DNA from: Candidatus Fermentibacterota bacterium
GTDB taxonomy: Bacteria; JAFGKV01
NCBI GenBank assembly: GCA_016928395.1
Contig: JAFGKV010000016.1
Span: 1 to 42,812 of the forward strand
Reading direction: 5' to 3'
DNA length: 42,812 bases
Part shown: one piece after another, positions 9,975 to 19,793 of the stretch
Numbering within the stretch: position 1 is the first letter of the stretch
How the letters are laid out: each line of letters starts with the position of its first letter
Position numbers and translations under genes: made by a program
The notes under the pieces: generated by a model
What the model was told of the DNA's origin: nothing
The model's database searches: none
What the model saw: the letters and a program-made list of their open reading frames with translations, nothing else

Positions 9975-11183
9975 CTACTTCTTGCTGGGGCGGTATGAAA
10001 GCGCCTCTTTGAGCGTGTAGAAATCACTCCCCTTGCCCACGTTGCGCAGCTTGGTTACCAGCGTGTCTGGATCTACCAGTTCCTCAAAGGGTATAGCCTG
10101 TATGTCAAAATTGTCCGACACGCTGACCATGTGTCCGAACTTCTCTTCAGCCACAAGCTTGAACGCACCGTAGCCCAGCATGGCCCCCAGGACGACATCG
10201 AAGCTGATGGGTCCGCGGCTTCTGGTCTCGTATCCGACCTGCTTGTACGTGACCTTCTTCTTCCTTCCGGTACGCTCCTTGTAAGCGCGAGAGACCGCCT
10301 CCGACACGATGCCGCCGACCTCAACCTTGCCATACAGAAGATTGCCGTGACGGTCTATTTCCTTGGGGCGCAGTGCCTCCGGCAAGCGCTCCGCCAAGCC
10401 TTCGGCCAGACAAATCACACCGTAACCCTTATCCTCCCTCTCCCGGGCTACGATGAGGTCCACAATCTCGCCAGCCATGGCGTCAACGTCCAACATCGCA
10501 TCGCCCAAGTCTTCAAGGGCAATCATTCTATCGGCCATACCTGCGATGCCTGCCGCATAGGTAATCCAGCCCGCCTTGCGGCCCATGAGCTCGATCACAA
10601 ACCACGAATCGGTGGCCTCGGCGTCGCCGCGGAGATTGAGCAGGATGTCTTGGGCCATGTCCACTGCGGTCCAGTACCCGAAGGTCCATGCAATGCCGTA
10701 GTAGTCATTGTCGATGGTCTTTGGTACGTGGACTACAGGAATGCCCATGAGGTGAAGGTAGTTGGCGGTCTTCAGCGTGTCGTCTCCCCCGATGGTGACC
10801 AAGACGCCCACATCCAAGCAGGCGAGGGCGCCAACGATGTTCTTCAGTCGTTTGGCACGCTCGGGATCGTCCAAATCATCCTTGCACCTGATGCACTTTC
10901 CCGGATTTGCCCGGCTCGTCTTTAGGAACACACCCCGCCTGTTCCGAAGACCCGAGACCTGATGGGTAAGATGAACGTAGTGAGTGCCCTCGCGAAGGCT
11001 TGAGGGATCACGCGGGTCAAAATCCTCGATGTACTCAAATCCCTTCAGGAAACCGACCACGGGCACGCCATGATTCAGAAAGGTGAGGGTGACTGCGGAG
11101 ATCACGGTATTGGCGCCCGGAGCCGGCCCGCCTGAGAACACCACTCCGGCCCTCCTGGGCCTGTCTGTCAAGTCTATCTTCAT
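9975..11183 (-). CDS. pfp: 6-phosphofructokinase, probably PPi-dependent
   Basis: GGPAPGAN, GGDDT, PKTIDND, MGR and GYE.R motifs. GGDD plus the Lys of PKTIDND is the PPi-type signature. Confidence 0.85.
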   Translation of the reverse strand: MKIDLTDRPRRAGVVFSGGPAPGANTVISAVTLTFLNHGVPVVGFLKGFEYIEDFDPRDPSSLREGTHYVHLTHQVSGLRNRRGVFLKTSRANPGKCIRCKDDLDDPERAKRLKNIVGALACLDVGVLVTIGGDDTLKTANYLHLMGIPVVHVPKTIDNDYYGIAWTFGYWTAVDMAQDILLNLRGDAEATDSWFVIELMGRKAGWITYAAGIAGMADRMIALEDLGDAMLDVDAMAGEIVDLIVAREREDKGYGVICLAEGLAERLPEALRPKEIDRHGNLLYGKVEVGGIVSEAVSRAYKERTGRKKKVTYKQVGYETRSRGPISFDVVLGAMLGYGAFKLVAEEKFGHMVSVSDNFDIQAIPFEELVDPDTLVTKLRNVGKGSDFYTLKEALSYRPSKK

Positions 11184-11204
11184 CGATCCTCCTGCGTGGA
11201 CGGC

Positions 11205-12248
11205 CTACTTGAGCAACTGGCTGACGGATTGCTTGGAGTTGATGCGGGAGATGACCTCCGCGAACAGCGGAGCCACGCTGACTTCCCGATACCACGGATG
11301 CGCCGTGGTGAACCCCCGGCCGCGGTAGACGGCATCGGTGCCGATCACACACTTCAAATCAGCTTGCGCGTAGAGAAGGTCAAAGAGCCCGATGGCAGGC
11401 CCATTCAGCAAAGCAAAGCTGCACGCCACATAGACCTCCCGGGCTCCGGCCTCCTTCACGGAGGTGATCACCTCAACCATGGAGCTTCCCTGATCGATCA
11501 TGTCGTCGACGATTAGCACGTCCTTCCCTGCCACGTCGCCCACCAGCCGCGTTCCGACCACGCTGCCCGCCTTGTAGTCCCGCTCCTTGTCACCAATGGC
11601 TAAGGTGCATCCCAGTGTCTTGGAGAAATAGCGGGCGCGATTGGCGCTCCCCACATCCGGCGAGACGACCGCGAGAGTCGCCTGCCGATTGGCGTTCGGA
11701 TAAACCTCAAGAAACTCGGCGATGAGCACACGGCTGGCATGAAGGTCTTCCAGGGTAGCGTGGCGAAAGAAACCAGCGATGGCCTCGGCATGGATATCCA
11801 GCGTGAGTACGCGATCCACCCCCGATGCCTCCAAGAAACCGGCAATCTGCGCCGCTGTGATGGCCTCCCGCGTCTTCTTGCGCTCCTGCCGTGAGTAAGG
11901 GAAGTAAGGAAGCACTGCTGTGATCGTCTCGGCATCGCTCTGGTGGGCCGCATTGATGGCGGTCAGCACGGCCATCAGGTTATCATTTACCGAACGGCTG
12001 GAGAGAGGATCACACACGCTTTGCACGACGTACGCGTCGCTGCCTCGAATGTTCTCATTGATGACGACTTTGACTTCGCCATTGGCAAACCGCTTTTCGG
12101 TGACTGAGACCGCCACACGGTCCGGGCCGGGGTTTGGCCCCGCGCCGGGATAGCGACGCCGAAATGCCTCAGCCAAGGCCCGGCAAATACGCACGGAGAA
12201 CAACCTGCCTGACTTGCAGCCGATGATGGTCAGTCTCCCGCGATGCAT
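11205..12248 (-). CDS. prs: Ribose-phosphate pyrophosphokinase
   Basis: FANGE, PYFPYSRQERK, LDIHA, VSPDVG and IVDDMID motifs. Confidence 0.95.
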   Translation of the reverse strand: MHRGRLTIIGCKSGRLFSVRICRALAEAFRRRYPGAGPNPGPDRVAVSVTEKRFANGEVKVVINENIRGSDAYVVQSVCDPLSSRSVNDNLMAVLTAINAAHQSDAETITAVLPYFPYSRQERKKTREAITAAQIAGFLEASGVDRVLTLDIHAEAIAGFFRHATLEDLHASRVLIAEFLEVYPNANRQATLAVVSPDVGSANRARYFSKTLGCTLAIGDKERDYKAGSVVGTRLVGDVAGKDVLIVDDMIDQGSSMVEVITSVKEAGAREVYVACSFALLNGPAIGLFDLLYAQADLKCVIGTDAVYRGRGFTTAHPWYREVSVAPLFAEVISRINSKQSVSQLLK

Positions 12249-12335
12249 GATAAACGGGCTCCTTACTGTTCAGGGATTGACTTCGCCCTCGAGGCATGAC
12301 GCCCACGAACGCCGGCTTTTGTCGTGAACCCTCCT

Positions 12336-12364
12336 ATCATAGGGAGCTCCATCGACCGAGGCAA
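12336..12364 (-). promoter_or_regulatory. Sigma70-like promoter for prs-pfp-deacetylase
   Basis: TTGCCT-N17-TATGAT on the minus strand. Confidence 0.5.
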
Positions 12365-12451
12365 CGGTCTCGCGCCGCCCGGAGTTCAACTCAACGGATC
12401 ACGGTGCTAGGTCCGAGCTCCGCCGGGAGTTCTCAGCGCACACCCCCAGAT

Positions 12452-13666
12452 CTAGCCGATTCGCCATACCGCTCCCTTCCTCAAGGCTCCGCGGAGCACG
12501 CACTCCAGCTTTTCGGCGGTGTCATCCCAGCTGAAACGCACGCTGCGCCGCCGCGCCCGCCCGCGCAGTGCGCGACGTAGCAACGGCCTCTCCATTGACC
12601 GTCGCAGAGCCGCGATGGCCTCGGCCCACTGCGGTGGCGTCACGTCACCAAAGCGGTTCATGAAGGCGTCGGTCAACTCCCTATGGGCGGGCACCCCGAC
12701 ACCCGCCTTGCCCACCACCTCGCTCATGACCCGGCCATCCGTGGTGTACAGCACAGGGAGGCCGCACGCCATGCACTCGATCAGGGGCAGCCCAAATCCT
12801 TCACCGTGGGCAACATGGGCCGCGCAGTCGGCAGCTTGAAGGCGTTGTATGAGGCGTTCTTCTGGGATGCCCACGCTTTGGTCGGATAGGTCGTCAGGAA
12901 AAATCACAACGTCCTCAAGGCACAATCGGCTGCGCAGACTCAGCAAATCGAATTCTTGCGATAGAGCGCCCATGCCCGGCACCCAGTGGGAAGAACCCAA
13001 GGTTGGCACGCAATGGAGGTAGAAGATGATGTCTTCCATACCCCGCTCCCGGAGAATTCGGGCCGCCTCCAAAAGCTTGGGCTGTTGTTTGTTCCATCGG
13101 TTTCTGGCCACATAGGCCACCACGAAGCGCCCGTGCCACCCCAGATCCCGCCGCAGTGTGCGTCGGATGGCGGGAAGGGCCGGACGGAATCGTCCTCCAT
13201 CAACGCCGAGATGGATAGGCGTGCAGGCAAATCCATGGGCCTGGATGACTCGGGCGCCGTAACGGGAGAGAGAGGCCCGAGCATCCATGAGCCGGAGTCC
13301 TGCCTGTTCCTCCCGCGCCAGTATGGGGCCATAGACCGGGAAATAGCCCACGATGGGTCCCATCCAGCCTGCTCCCCGGATCCGTTTGGCCCATTGGTGG
13401 CAGTACACCATCTCGTGCATTACTACCACGATAGTGGGGCTACGATGCAGAAGTCCGGGAACGTGGGAGAACCCCATGGAATCCCCGACGGCAACAGGAA
13501 AGATTGTTCCAAACCCGGCCCGATACGGCTCGGCTCCGGTCTCGTAAATGGCGAGGGCATCAATTTCGAACCCAGCCTTCGCCAGCCTGGGCAGGATGTT
13601 GCGCGCTGCCGCACCGAACCCCGTGGCCGCCCGGAAGCTATCCGAGATGAACAGAAGGCGGATCAG
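12452..13666 (-). CDS. Glycosyltransferase family 4 (GT-B), probable CTG start, 404 aa
   Basis: The frame extends upstream of the listed ORF to (M)IRLLFISDSFRAATGFG, matching the paralog at 32011. EGFGLPLIE motif present. Confidence 0.85.
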   Translation of the reverse strand: MIRLLFISDSFRAATGFGAAARNILPRLAKAGFEIDALAIYETGAEPYRAGFGTIFPVAVGDSMGFSHVPGLLHRSPTIVVVMHEMVYCHQWAKRIRGAGWMGPIVGYFPVYGPILAREEQAGLRLMDARASLSRYGARVIQAHGFACTPIHLGVDGGRFRPALPAIRRTLRRDLGWHGRFVVAYVARNRWNKQQPKLLEAARILRERGMEDIIFYLHCVPTLGSSHWVPGMGALSQEFDLLSLRSRLCLEDVVIFPDDLSDQSVGIPEERLIQRLQAADCAAHVAHGEGFGLPLIECMACGLPVLYTTDGRVMSEVVGKAGVGVPAHRELTDAFMNRFGDVTPPQWAEAIAALRRSMERPLLRRALRGRARRRSVRFSWDDTAEKLECVLRGALRKGAVWRIG

Positions 13667-14253
13667 GAATCACCTGCCGCGAGCTTCATCATCTGGTAGG
13701 CCCATCCGTCTCTTCGTCGATGGGGATACGGACGGCGCAGTCTTCGCTCCCACTCTTCGTCATGAAAAACGCGGAAACCGAGCTTCTCATGGAGCGCAAT
13801 GGCAGGAGCGTTGCCGCGATGAACCACCATAAAGAGATCGGCCCCGGGCTCCCGCGCTCTCCATGCATCCACAACTCGCCGCACCAACCGGGTACCGACG
13901 GCACGGCCACGCCATCGGGGTGCGACGTCTAATCCTGTCAACCACCACCCAGGTATCCCCACGTCCGGCCGTTGCCACTGCCGGAATATCGACACATGGC
14001 CAACGATCGTCCCGTGCCATATGGCCACGGCGCAGTATGTGCCCTCACCCGGGAGGCGGAGCGTGCCGCGGGGTGCCTGAAGGTAGTCTTCCCAGGAGGT
14101 CAGGGAATCCTGGCTCAGCATGTCAATGACAGGTTCCTCTGCCGTGGGCGCTCCCAGAAGGAGCCGGCCTAGCCTGTAGTGGCAGGCACGGCCGATGAGA
14201 ACACGCCCAACTCGCCACAGTATTGAGCGGTAGTGACCGAAGGCCGAGGGCAT
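13663..14253 (-). CDS. GNAT N-acetyltransferase
   Basis: VAPRWRGRAVG and NAPAIALHEKLGF motifs. Confidence 0.85.
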   Translation of the reverse strand: MPSAFGHYRSILWRVGRVLIGRACHYRLGRLLLGAPTAEEPVIDMLSQDSLTSWEDYLQAPRGTLRLPGEGTYCAVAIWHGTIVGHVSIFRQWQRPDVGIPGWWLTGLDVAPRWRGRAVGTRLVRRVVDAWRAREPGADLFMVVHRGNAPAIALHEKLGFRVFHDEEWERRLRRPYPHRRRDGWAYQMMKLAAGDS

Positions 14254-16423
14254 GGCAAATCCTCCGGATGCATGGTATCCTTGCCGGGTCGATTCACGGA
14301 ATCAGGAGAATCTCGTGTCGAGCAAGAAACCCCCACACACCTTGTGGTGCAAACCAACAGTCGTAGCAGCGGCTACTGCGATTGTGGCGCTGGGTATCGC
14401 GCTGATCTGGTCATTCCCCCTGGTTCTGGCGCCTGCTGAGCTCTTGCTGGGCCATCCGGGCGATGCCTTGTCGACCCTGCAACGGTGGGAAAGCTGGCAG
14501 CCTTCCCTGCGGTACGTGGAGCGACCATTGCTCAACATCTCGGGCCGCGCTTTGGCCGATCTCGTGGGGTCAGTGACCGCCTATAATACCCTCGTTCTTA
14601 TCAGTTTCCCCTTGACTGCATTGGCGGCATTCGGCCTCATCTTCCGTATCGTGCCCCATTCCCCCTCGGCAATGATCGGCGCCCTGGCATTCACGATCTC
14701 CCCGTTCCACTGGGCGCACAGCCTCGGCCACCTCTACGAGGCGCATATCCAGTGGATTCCACTGGTTGCATGGAGCCTGCTGACAACTGTCGCGCATCCC
14801 AGTCTCCTGAGGATGGCTGGCCTTATCGCTGCCAGTGCTCTTCTAGTCGCTTCGAGCTTCTACTACGGTTTCTTCGCGGCAGTGGTGGCGCTGCCAATCG
14901 TGGTCTTGTGGACGCTTTCTCTGCTGGCGAGGAGACGCGCCCGGCGACTGGCGGCGGTCCTTCTGGCGACCGTGGGAGCCTTCCTTGCCTCTCTGCCCAT
15001 AACGTATTCGTACCTCACGTGGCTAACCCGTACTCGTCGCCCATCGTCGCGACATTTCGAGGACCTCTTTCGCTACTCAGCCCGGTTGCAGGAGTACGTG
15101 TGTCCGGGGGCGTTCTCCGCCCTGCGCCGCCTTCTGTCGCCCGCAACCACGCCAGGATCCCTGCACTTCTCCAACGAGGTCGAGCAATCTCTCTTTCTCG
15201 GATGGGTGGTGCTGACTCTGGCTGCCATTGGGGTGGGAAGCATGCTCATCCGCCGAAGGCCCTCCATCCGACGGGGAGAGCTTGCCGTGATGTTGGCGGC
15301 AGGAGTGGCGGCGACCCTGTGTTCGGCTCCTCCCATTGTCCGCATAGACGGCTGGTCCATTCGTATGCCCTCTTTTTACTTAGGGAGCCTGGTCCCGTTC
15401 TTCCGGACCTATGCGCGCATGGGCGTCTTCGTGCACCTGTCGGTCTGCTGTGCGGCTGCCGCGGGAGCGGAATTGCTGGCTCGTCGCCGAGCTGCATCCT
15501 TGTGTGCCGTTGCCGTGCTGCTCATTGCCGCCGAGTACACGCCGATACCGCCGCCACGTACCGTGCGTCTTCTGCCCTTGCGAGGTGCGCATAGGTGGTT
15601 AGCCCAGCAATCTGACGGGATGTTGGTGCTGGAGTATCCTATGGATCGCCGCATCACGCCCCGCACTTCGGTTCGATCCTGGGTGAGCCGCATCACGGCT
15701 CGGTACAGCATGGAAGAGAACGCCTCCATGGATCTGCGCCACGTGGCCGGTCTGGGTCCACTGGAGTGTTGGGATCTGGCGGTAAGCGGCGTTGGTTATG
15801 TTCTGTTTCATGATCGCAATCCCGATCCGTCGCTCCAGGTGCACAAAGACCGGCCCGACCGCGGCCCCAATGTGCCCGGAACCTGGCCCGCCGTACCCGC
15901 GCATGACGCGCTCACTCTTGTGGCGCATTTCCCCGAGACTGTCCTGTTCTCAGTGCGGGACGTCCAGGCATCGGTGTCATTGTCGCCCGGCGAAGGCCTT
16001 GCTCCATGGCGGGAGGGACCGAACGTCATCGGGAGACCCTTCGTGGCCACTTCTCATCATGTGATGCTGCGGAACGCAACGCAATGGCCTGTGAAGATTG
16101 GCCTGGACATGCAGGTAGTCCCTACCGCTCCTCTCCGGGAGCTGCGGCTTCTGCTCAACGGCGTGCCGGCAGGGGCCTACCCGGCTGCGGACACGATTCG
16201 AATCGCGTTGCGTGATCTCGAGGTCTTGCCCGACCGTAACCACCTCCGTCTTGAAGGGGTGGGAAAGCACGGCGTGCTTCCCGCCAACACGGGACAGGTC
16301 GGGCTTCTCCTCGGCGTCAGGATCACGGATGAGGCGCCCGCTCGCGGGACATCTGGCCGATGGCTCTCGGCCCCCCAATCCTCTGCGCCCGGAGACACCA
16401 CACACACCCACTGGCTAGAATGA
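14252..16423 (+). CDS. Polytopic membrane protein, GT-C/YfhO-like, with extracytoplasmic C-domain (start may be ~14315-14342)
   Basis: Many TM segments; AYN..L, FTISPFH..H..GH, EQSLFLG, FRTYAR and VLEYP patterns. Confidence 0.6.
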   Translation: MANPPDAWYPCRVDSRNQENLVSSKKPPHTLWCKPTVVAAATAIVALGIALIWSFPLVLAPAELLLGHPGDALSTLQRWESWQPSLRYVERPLLNISGRALADLVGSVTAYNTLVLISFPLTALAAFGLIFRIVPHSPSAMIGALAFTISPFHWAHSLGHLYEAHIQWIPLVAWSLLTTVAHPSLLRMAGLIAASALLVASSFYYGFFAAVVALPIVVLWTLSLLARRRARRLAAVLLATVGAFLASLPITYSYLTWLTRTRRPSSRHFEDLFRYSARLQEYVCPGAFSALRRLLSPATTPGSLHFSNEVEQSLFLGWVVLTLAAIGVGSMLIRRRPSIRRGELAVMLAAGVAATLCSAPPIVRIDGWSIRMPSFYLGSLVPFFRTYARMGVFVHLSVCCAAAAGAELLARRRAASLCAVAVLLIAAEYTPIPPPRTVRLLPLRGAHRWLAQQSDGMLVLEYPMDRRITPRTSVRSWVSRITARYSMEENASMDLRHVAGLGPLECWDLAVSGVGYVLFHDRNPDPSLQVHKDRPDRGPNVPGTWPAVPAHDALTLVAHFPETVLFSVRDVQASVSLSPGEGLAPWREGPNVIGRPFVATSHHVMLRNATQWPVKIGLDMQVVPTAPLRELRLLLNGVPAGAYPAADTIRIALRDLEVLPDRNHLRLEGVGKHGVLPANTGQVGLLLGVRITDEAPARGTSGRWLSAPQSSAPGDTTHTHWLE

Positions 16424-16474
16424 GAATCAGCTCCTACAGACCAAGGGTACTACACAGGTTTCGGGCCTCCGAGG

Positions 16475-16524
16475 GCGCGGGGCGCACTCAGACTCTTCGA
16501 GGTGGAGAGTGCGAATCCCCGCGC
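16475..16524. other. Strong GC hairpin between convergent transcripts
   Basis: GCGCGGGG (16475-82) pairs with CCCCGCGC (16517-24); CGCACTC (16483-89) pairs with GAGTGCG (16507-13). Confidence 0.5.
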
Positions 16525-16952
16525 GGTCGGCTCACGGTCAGAGGTCGCAGTGTCACTCAGGAAGATGCTTCCCTGTTGCTCTCGATATCGCTACCGCAAT
16601 CGAAGGCTATCCCCTCGCTTCGACTGCAAAACCGATTGCGTTGGCGAGAGTTATGGGATCGTTGGACATCCTGCTCTCAGACATGTCCGGCCGTTGAGAA
16701 AAGGGGTGCCCTCAGTCCCTTCAGGGTTACGGGCCGATGATGCACTGCCGTCACAACAGGGGCGACCCTCCCCGTCCGCGGCCAGGAGGGGGACGGATCG
16801 AGATTGACCTGTGACCGCGGAGTCGACCAGGACACTATGACAGCGATTGCGAGGGGATGGCCGAACCCCATGCTCAGATACACGCGTGCACTCGAACCGT
16901 GCCCAGGCTCGATTCCGCGAATAGCCACAACGAAAAGCGCCGTGGGAACATC

Positions 16953-17040
16953 TGGCGGAGAGAGAGGGATTCGAACCCTCGGAGCCCGGAGGCTCACGCG
17001 ATTTCCAGTCGCGCCGATTCAACCGCTCTCGCATCTCTCC
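16953..17040 (-). tRNA. tRNA-Ser (GGA)
   Basis: GGAGAGA/TCTCTCC acceptor stem, anticodon loop CTGGAAA, long variable arm, GGTTCGAATCC, discriminator G and encoded CCA. Confidence 0.97.
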
Positions 17041-17062
17041 GACTTGACGATTACATTGCCAC

Positions 17063-17090
17063 ATTATAGTGGCTTTGGTCTGCGGCGCAA
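17063..17090 (-). promoter_or_regulatory. tRNA promoter
   Basis: TTGCGC-N16-TATAAT, ending 22 nt before the tRNA 5' end. Confidence 0.55.
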
Positions 17091-17126
17091 CATCCCCTAT
17101 GACGGGATGCTTCCCCGGAGGATTCA

Positions 17127-18518
17127 GTGAAACCCATCGTAGTCACCAACGCGGACGCTCTGATCACCATGGATGGCAGCCGAACGGTCTTACCCGAGGG
17201 GTATGTGGTGATTGAAGGAACCCGCATCACGAAGGTGGGATCAGGCACACCGCCCGTAGTGCCAGATGCCCGGGTCATCAATGCAGCCGGGTGCATTGTG
17301 ACGCCCGGTCTCATCAACACCCATCACCATTTCTACCAGACTCTGACGCGATGTTACCCGCCAGCTGTTGACGCTGCGCTGTTTCCGTGGCTTCAGAGCC
17401 TCTACCCCGTGTGGGAGGGACTCGATGCTGAATCGGTACGCTTGGGCACTATGGCTGCCATGGCGGAACTTCTGCTCTCTGGCTGCACGATGTCCGTGGA
17501 TCATCATTACGTGTTTCCCGGCCACGCCTCTCCCGAGCTCATCGACGTACAGGTGAAAGCTGCCCAAAGTCTCGGTATGCGTTTCGTGGCGACGAGAGGC
17601 AGCATGAGTCTGGGCGCCAGCGCAGGCGGCCTCCCGCCGGACTCGGTAGTCCAGGAAGAGGCAACGATCCTTGCCGATTGTCGCCGGGTGGTGGAGCAGT
17701 ATCACGATCCGGATCCCTATGCCATGATCCAGGTAGCCCTGGCCCCGTGCTCGCCGTTTTCCGTGACCCCTAAGCTCATGGAAGCGACCGCAGCCCTGGC
17801 GGAAGAGCTGAATGTGCGACTTCACACGCACCTGGCCGAAACCGAGGACGAGTTGGACTATTGCCGCCGCCACTATGGCTGCACTCCCCTTGACCTTTTG
17901 CGCCGCACGGGCTGGTTGACCTCACGGACGTGGCTGGCCCACGGCATCCACTTCTCGCCGTCGGAGATAGAGTCTCTCGGTGCCGCAGGAGTCGGGATCG
18001 CCCATTGCCCCACGTCGAACATGCGGTTGGGCAGCGGAATCGCCCCTGTTCCTGCGCTTCGCACTGCGGGATGCCCCGTGGGTCTGGGAGTTGATGGCTC
18101 CGCCTCCAATGACTCATCCAACATGCTTCTGGAGGTGAGACAGGCAACCCTTCTGGGCAGGCTCAATGCCGGTGCTGGCGGTTTTTCGATCTGGGATAGC
18201 CTGGAGCTGGCCACAGTGGGCGGGGCTGCCTGTTTGGGCCGAGCCGGAGCTCTTGGTGTACTCGCGCCGGGGTGTGCGGCGGACATTGCCGTGTTCCGTA
18301 GTAACGGGTTAGCTCATACCGGAGCCCTGGATGCCGCAGCTTCCTTGGTCTTGTGCGCGCCGGCTCAGGTGGCGCATGTGTTTGTCGCCGGTAGGCATGT
18401 GGTCCACGATGGGGCAATTGACGGCCTGGACATCCCGTCACTCCGAGACACACACCATGCCGAGGCTCAACGGCTGTACCACCGGGTGCAGACCATATCA
18501 CTGGGAAGGAGGCCATGA
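17127..18518 (+). CDS. 8-oxoguanine deaminase-like amidohydrolase (AtzB-like group)
   Basis: INTHHHFYQTLTR, ALAPCSPFSV, LHTHLAET, WLAHGIH, HCPTSNMRLGSG and GVDGSASND; GTG start after GGAGG. Confidence 0.85.
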   Translation: MKPIVVTNADALITMDGSRTVLPEGYVVIEGTRITKVGSGTPPVVPDARVINAAGCIVTPGLINTHHHFYQTLTRCYPPAVDAALFPWLQSLYPVWEGLDAESVRLGTMAAMAELLLSGCTMSVDHHYVFPGHASPELIDVQVKAAQSLGMRFVATRGSMSLGASAGGLPPDSVVQEEATILADCRRVVEQYHDPDPYAMIQVALAPCSPFSVTPKLMEATAALAEELNVRLHTHLAETEDELDYCRRHYGCTPLDLLRRTGWLTSRTWLAHGIHFSPSEIESLGAAGVGIAHCPTSNMRLGSGIAPVPALRTAGCPVGLGVDGSASNDSSNMLLEVRQATLLGRLNAGAGGFSIWDSLELATVGGAACLGRAGALGVLAPGCAADIAVFRSNGLAHTGALDAAASLVLCAPAQVAHVFVAGRHVVHDGAIDGLDIPSLRDTHHAEAQRLYHRVQTISLGRRP

Positions 18519-19564
18519 TGAATGACATGCCAGACCGTGACCAGTGGGCGTGTTTCGATCCGGCTCTCCGGATGCTCACCTGGATAGAAGGCTTGCCCCA
18601 GCAAATGAAGACGGCTGCGGAGGAATGGCCCAACCCTCGCCTGTCGTCCACTGCACAGGGCCCGGTCGTTGCGGCTGCCATGGGGGGCTCCGCCATGGCA
18701 GCCGAGGTGGCCTTGGGTATGGTGACTGCTCGAACTCCTGCGTTGGTCATCAGAACCGACACCCTGCCGCACTGGGTTGACTCCCGGTGGTTATGCATTG
18801 CGTGTTCATACTCCGGCAATACGCGTGAAACCCTGGCCTGCTATGATGACTCATTCGCGCGGGGCTGCGTGGCCGCTTCGGTGTCGGCGGGAGGTGTGCT
18901 GGCCGAGCGTGCCGCGTCGCGGAAAGCGCTGCACCGTACGCTGCTAGCGGGACAGCCTCCCAGAACGGCAGTCGGTCAGGCTGTTGTCGGCATCCTCTGG
19001 ACCTTGTGGGCACACCGGCTCATTGATGACCCGCGAGAGGTTGTCGTGGCGACGGCCGATGGGCTGCAGCGGCAGTGGGGCCTCACCCTTGGGAAGCCAG
19101 AACCATGGGAGACTCTGCCCGGCCAAATCGCCGCTGCATGCCACACGGGCTACCTCTTGGTCGTGGCGGCGGGGCCAACGATGCCTGCGGCTCTCCGTTG
19201 GTCACAGCAACTCAACGAGAACGCCAAAGTGCCGTGCTATCCCCTGGAGATCCCTGAGATGCTCCACAACCACGTGGAAGGGCTAGAGGCCTCGGCGCGC
19301 TTGGGTGCATGTCTCGTGGTGCTGCGTGACACTTCCCATTCGTATGCCGAGAGTGCTGCCATGGATTTCATCTCCGCGACGTTCCAGGCATTCGGTGGCC
19401 GGGTGTTCGAGGTGAGCAGCACGGGCGAATCCGAGTTCCATCGCATTTTCTCCTTGATGTATATGGGCGACCAGGTTTCTTACCTCGCCAGTCTGCTCAG
19501 GAGTACCGACCCAACCCCCGTGGAACGAATCGCGGAGCTGAAGAGAGTGATTGCGTCCCCATAG
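18515..19564 (+). CDS. Bifunctional phosphoglucose/phosphomannose isomerase (SIS domains)
   Basis: MGGSA, SYSGNTRET, PPR, QLNENAK, PEMLHN and DPTPV.RI..LK motifs. Confidence 0.85.
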   Translation: MMNDMPDRDQWACFDPALRMLTWIEGLPQQMKTAAEEWPNPRLSSTAQGPVVAAAMGGSAMAAEVALGMVTARTPALVIRTDTLPHWVDSRWLCIACSYSGNTRETLACYDDSFARGCVAASVSAGGVLAERAASRKALHRTLLAGQPPRTAVGQAVVGILWTLWAHRLIDDPREVVVATADGLQRQWGLTLGKPEPWETLPGQIAAACHTGYLLVVAAGPTMPAALRWSQQLNENAKVPCYPLEIPEMLHNHVEGLEASARLGACLVVLRDTSHSYAESAAMDFISATFQAFGGRVFEVSSTGESEFHRIFSLMYMGDQVSYLASLLRSTDPTPVERIAELKRVIASP

Positions 19565-19793
19565 CTGATGTCGTTGCGTGGGAGCCATGGGCTCTGCTCC
19601 ACGGGTCACTGATGCCTGGGCGCCAGATGGGAGGGCAAGAGGGTCTCCGTGGATAACTCCTCGATCCGGCTGACGGTCCAGCCGGCCATCAGGGGAGGGA
19701 GATCCTTGCTCGGGCCGAGTCTATCGATGATCCTGTCATCACCATGACCGGATACAAGCGTGCCGGCAATATCGGCGGCACAAGGAGGAGTTC

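Noticed and set aside
19565-19793. Canonical SAM-I/II riboswitch before metK
   Set aside because: Core motifs are absent or in the wrong order.
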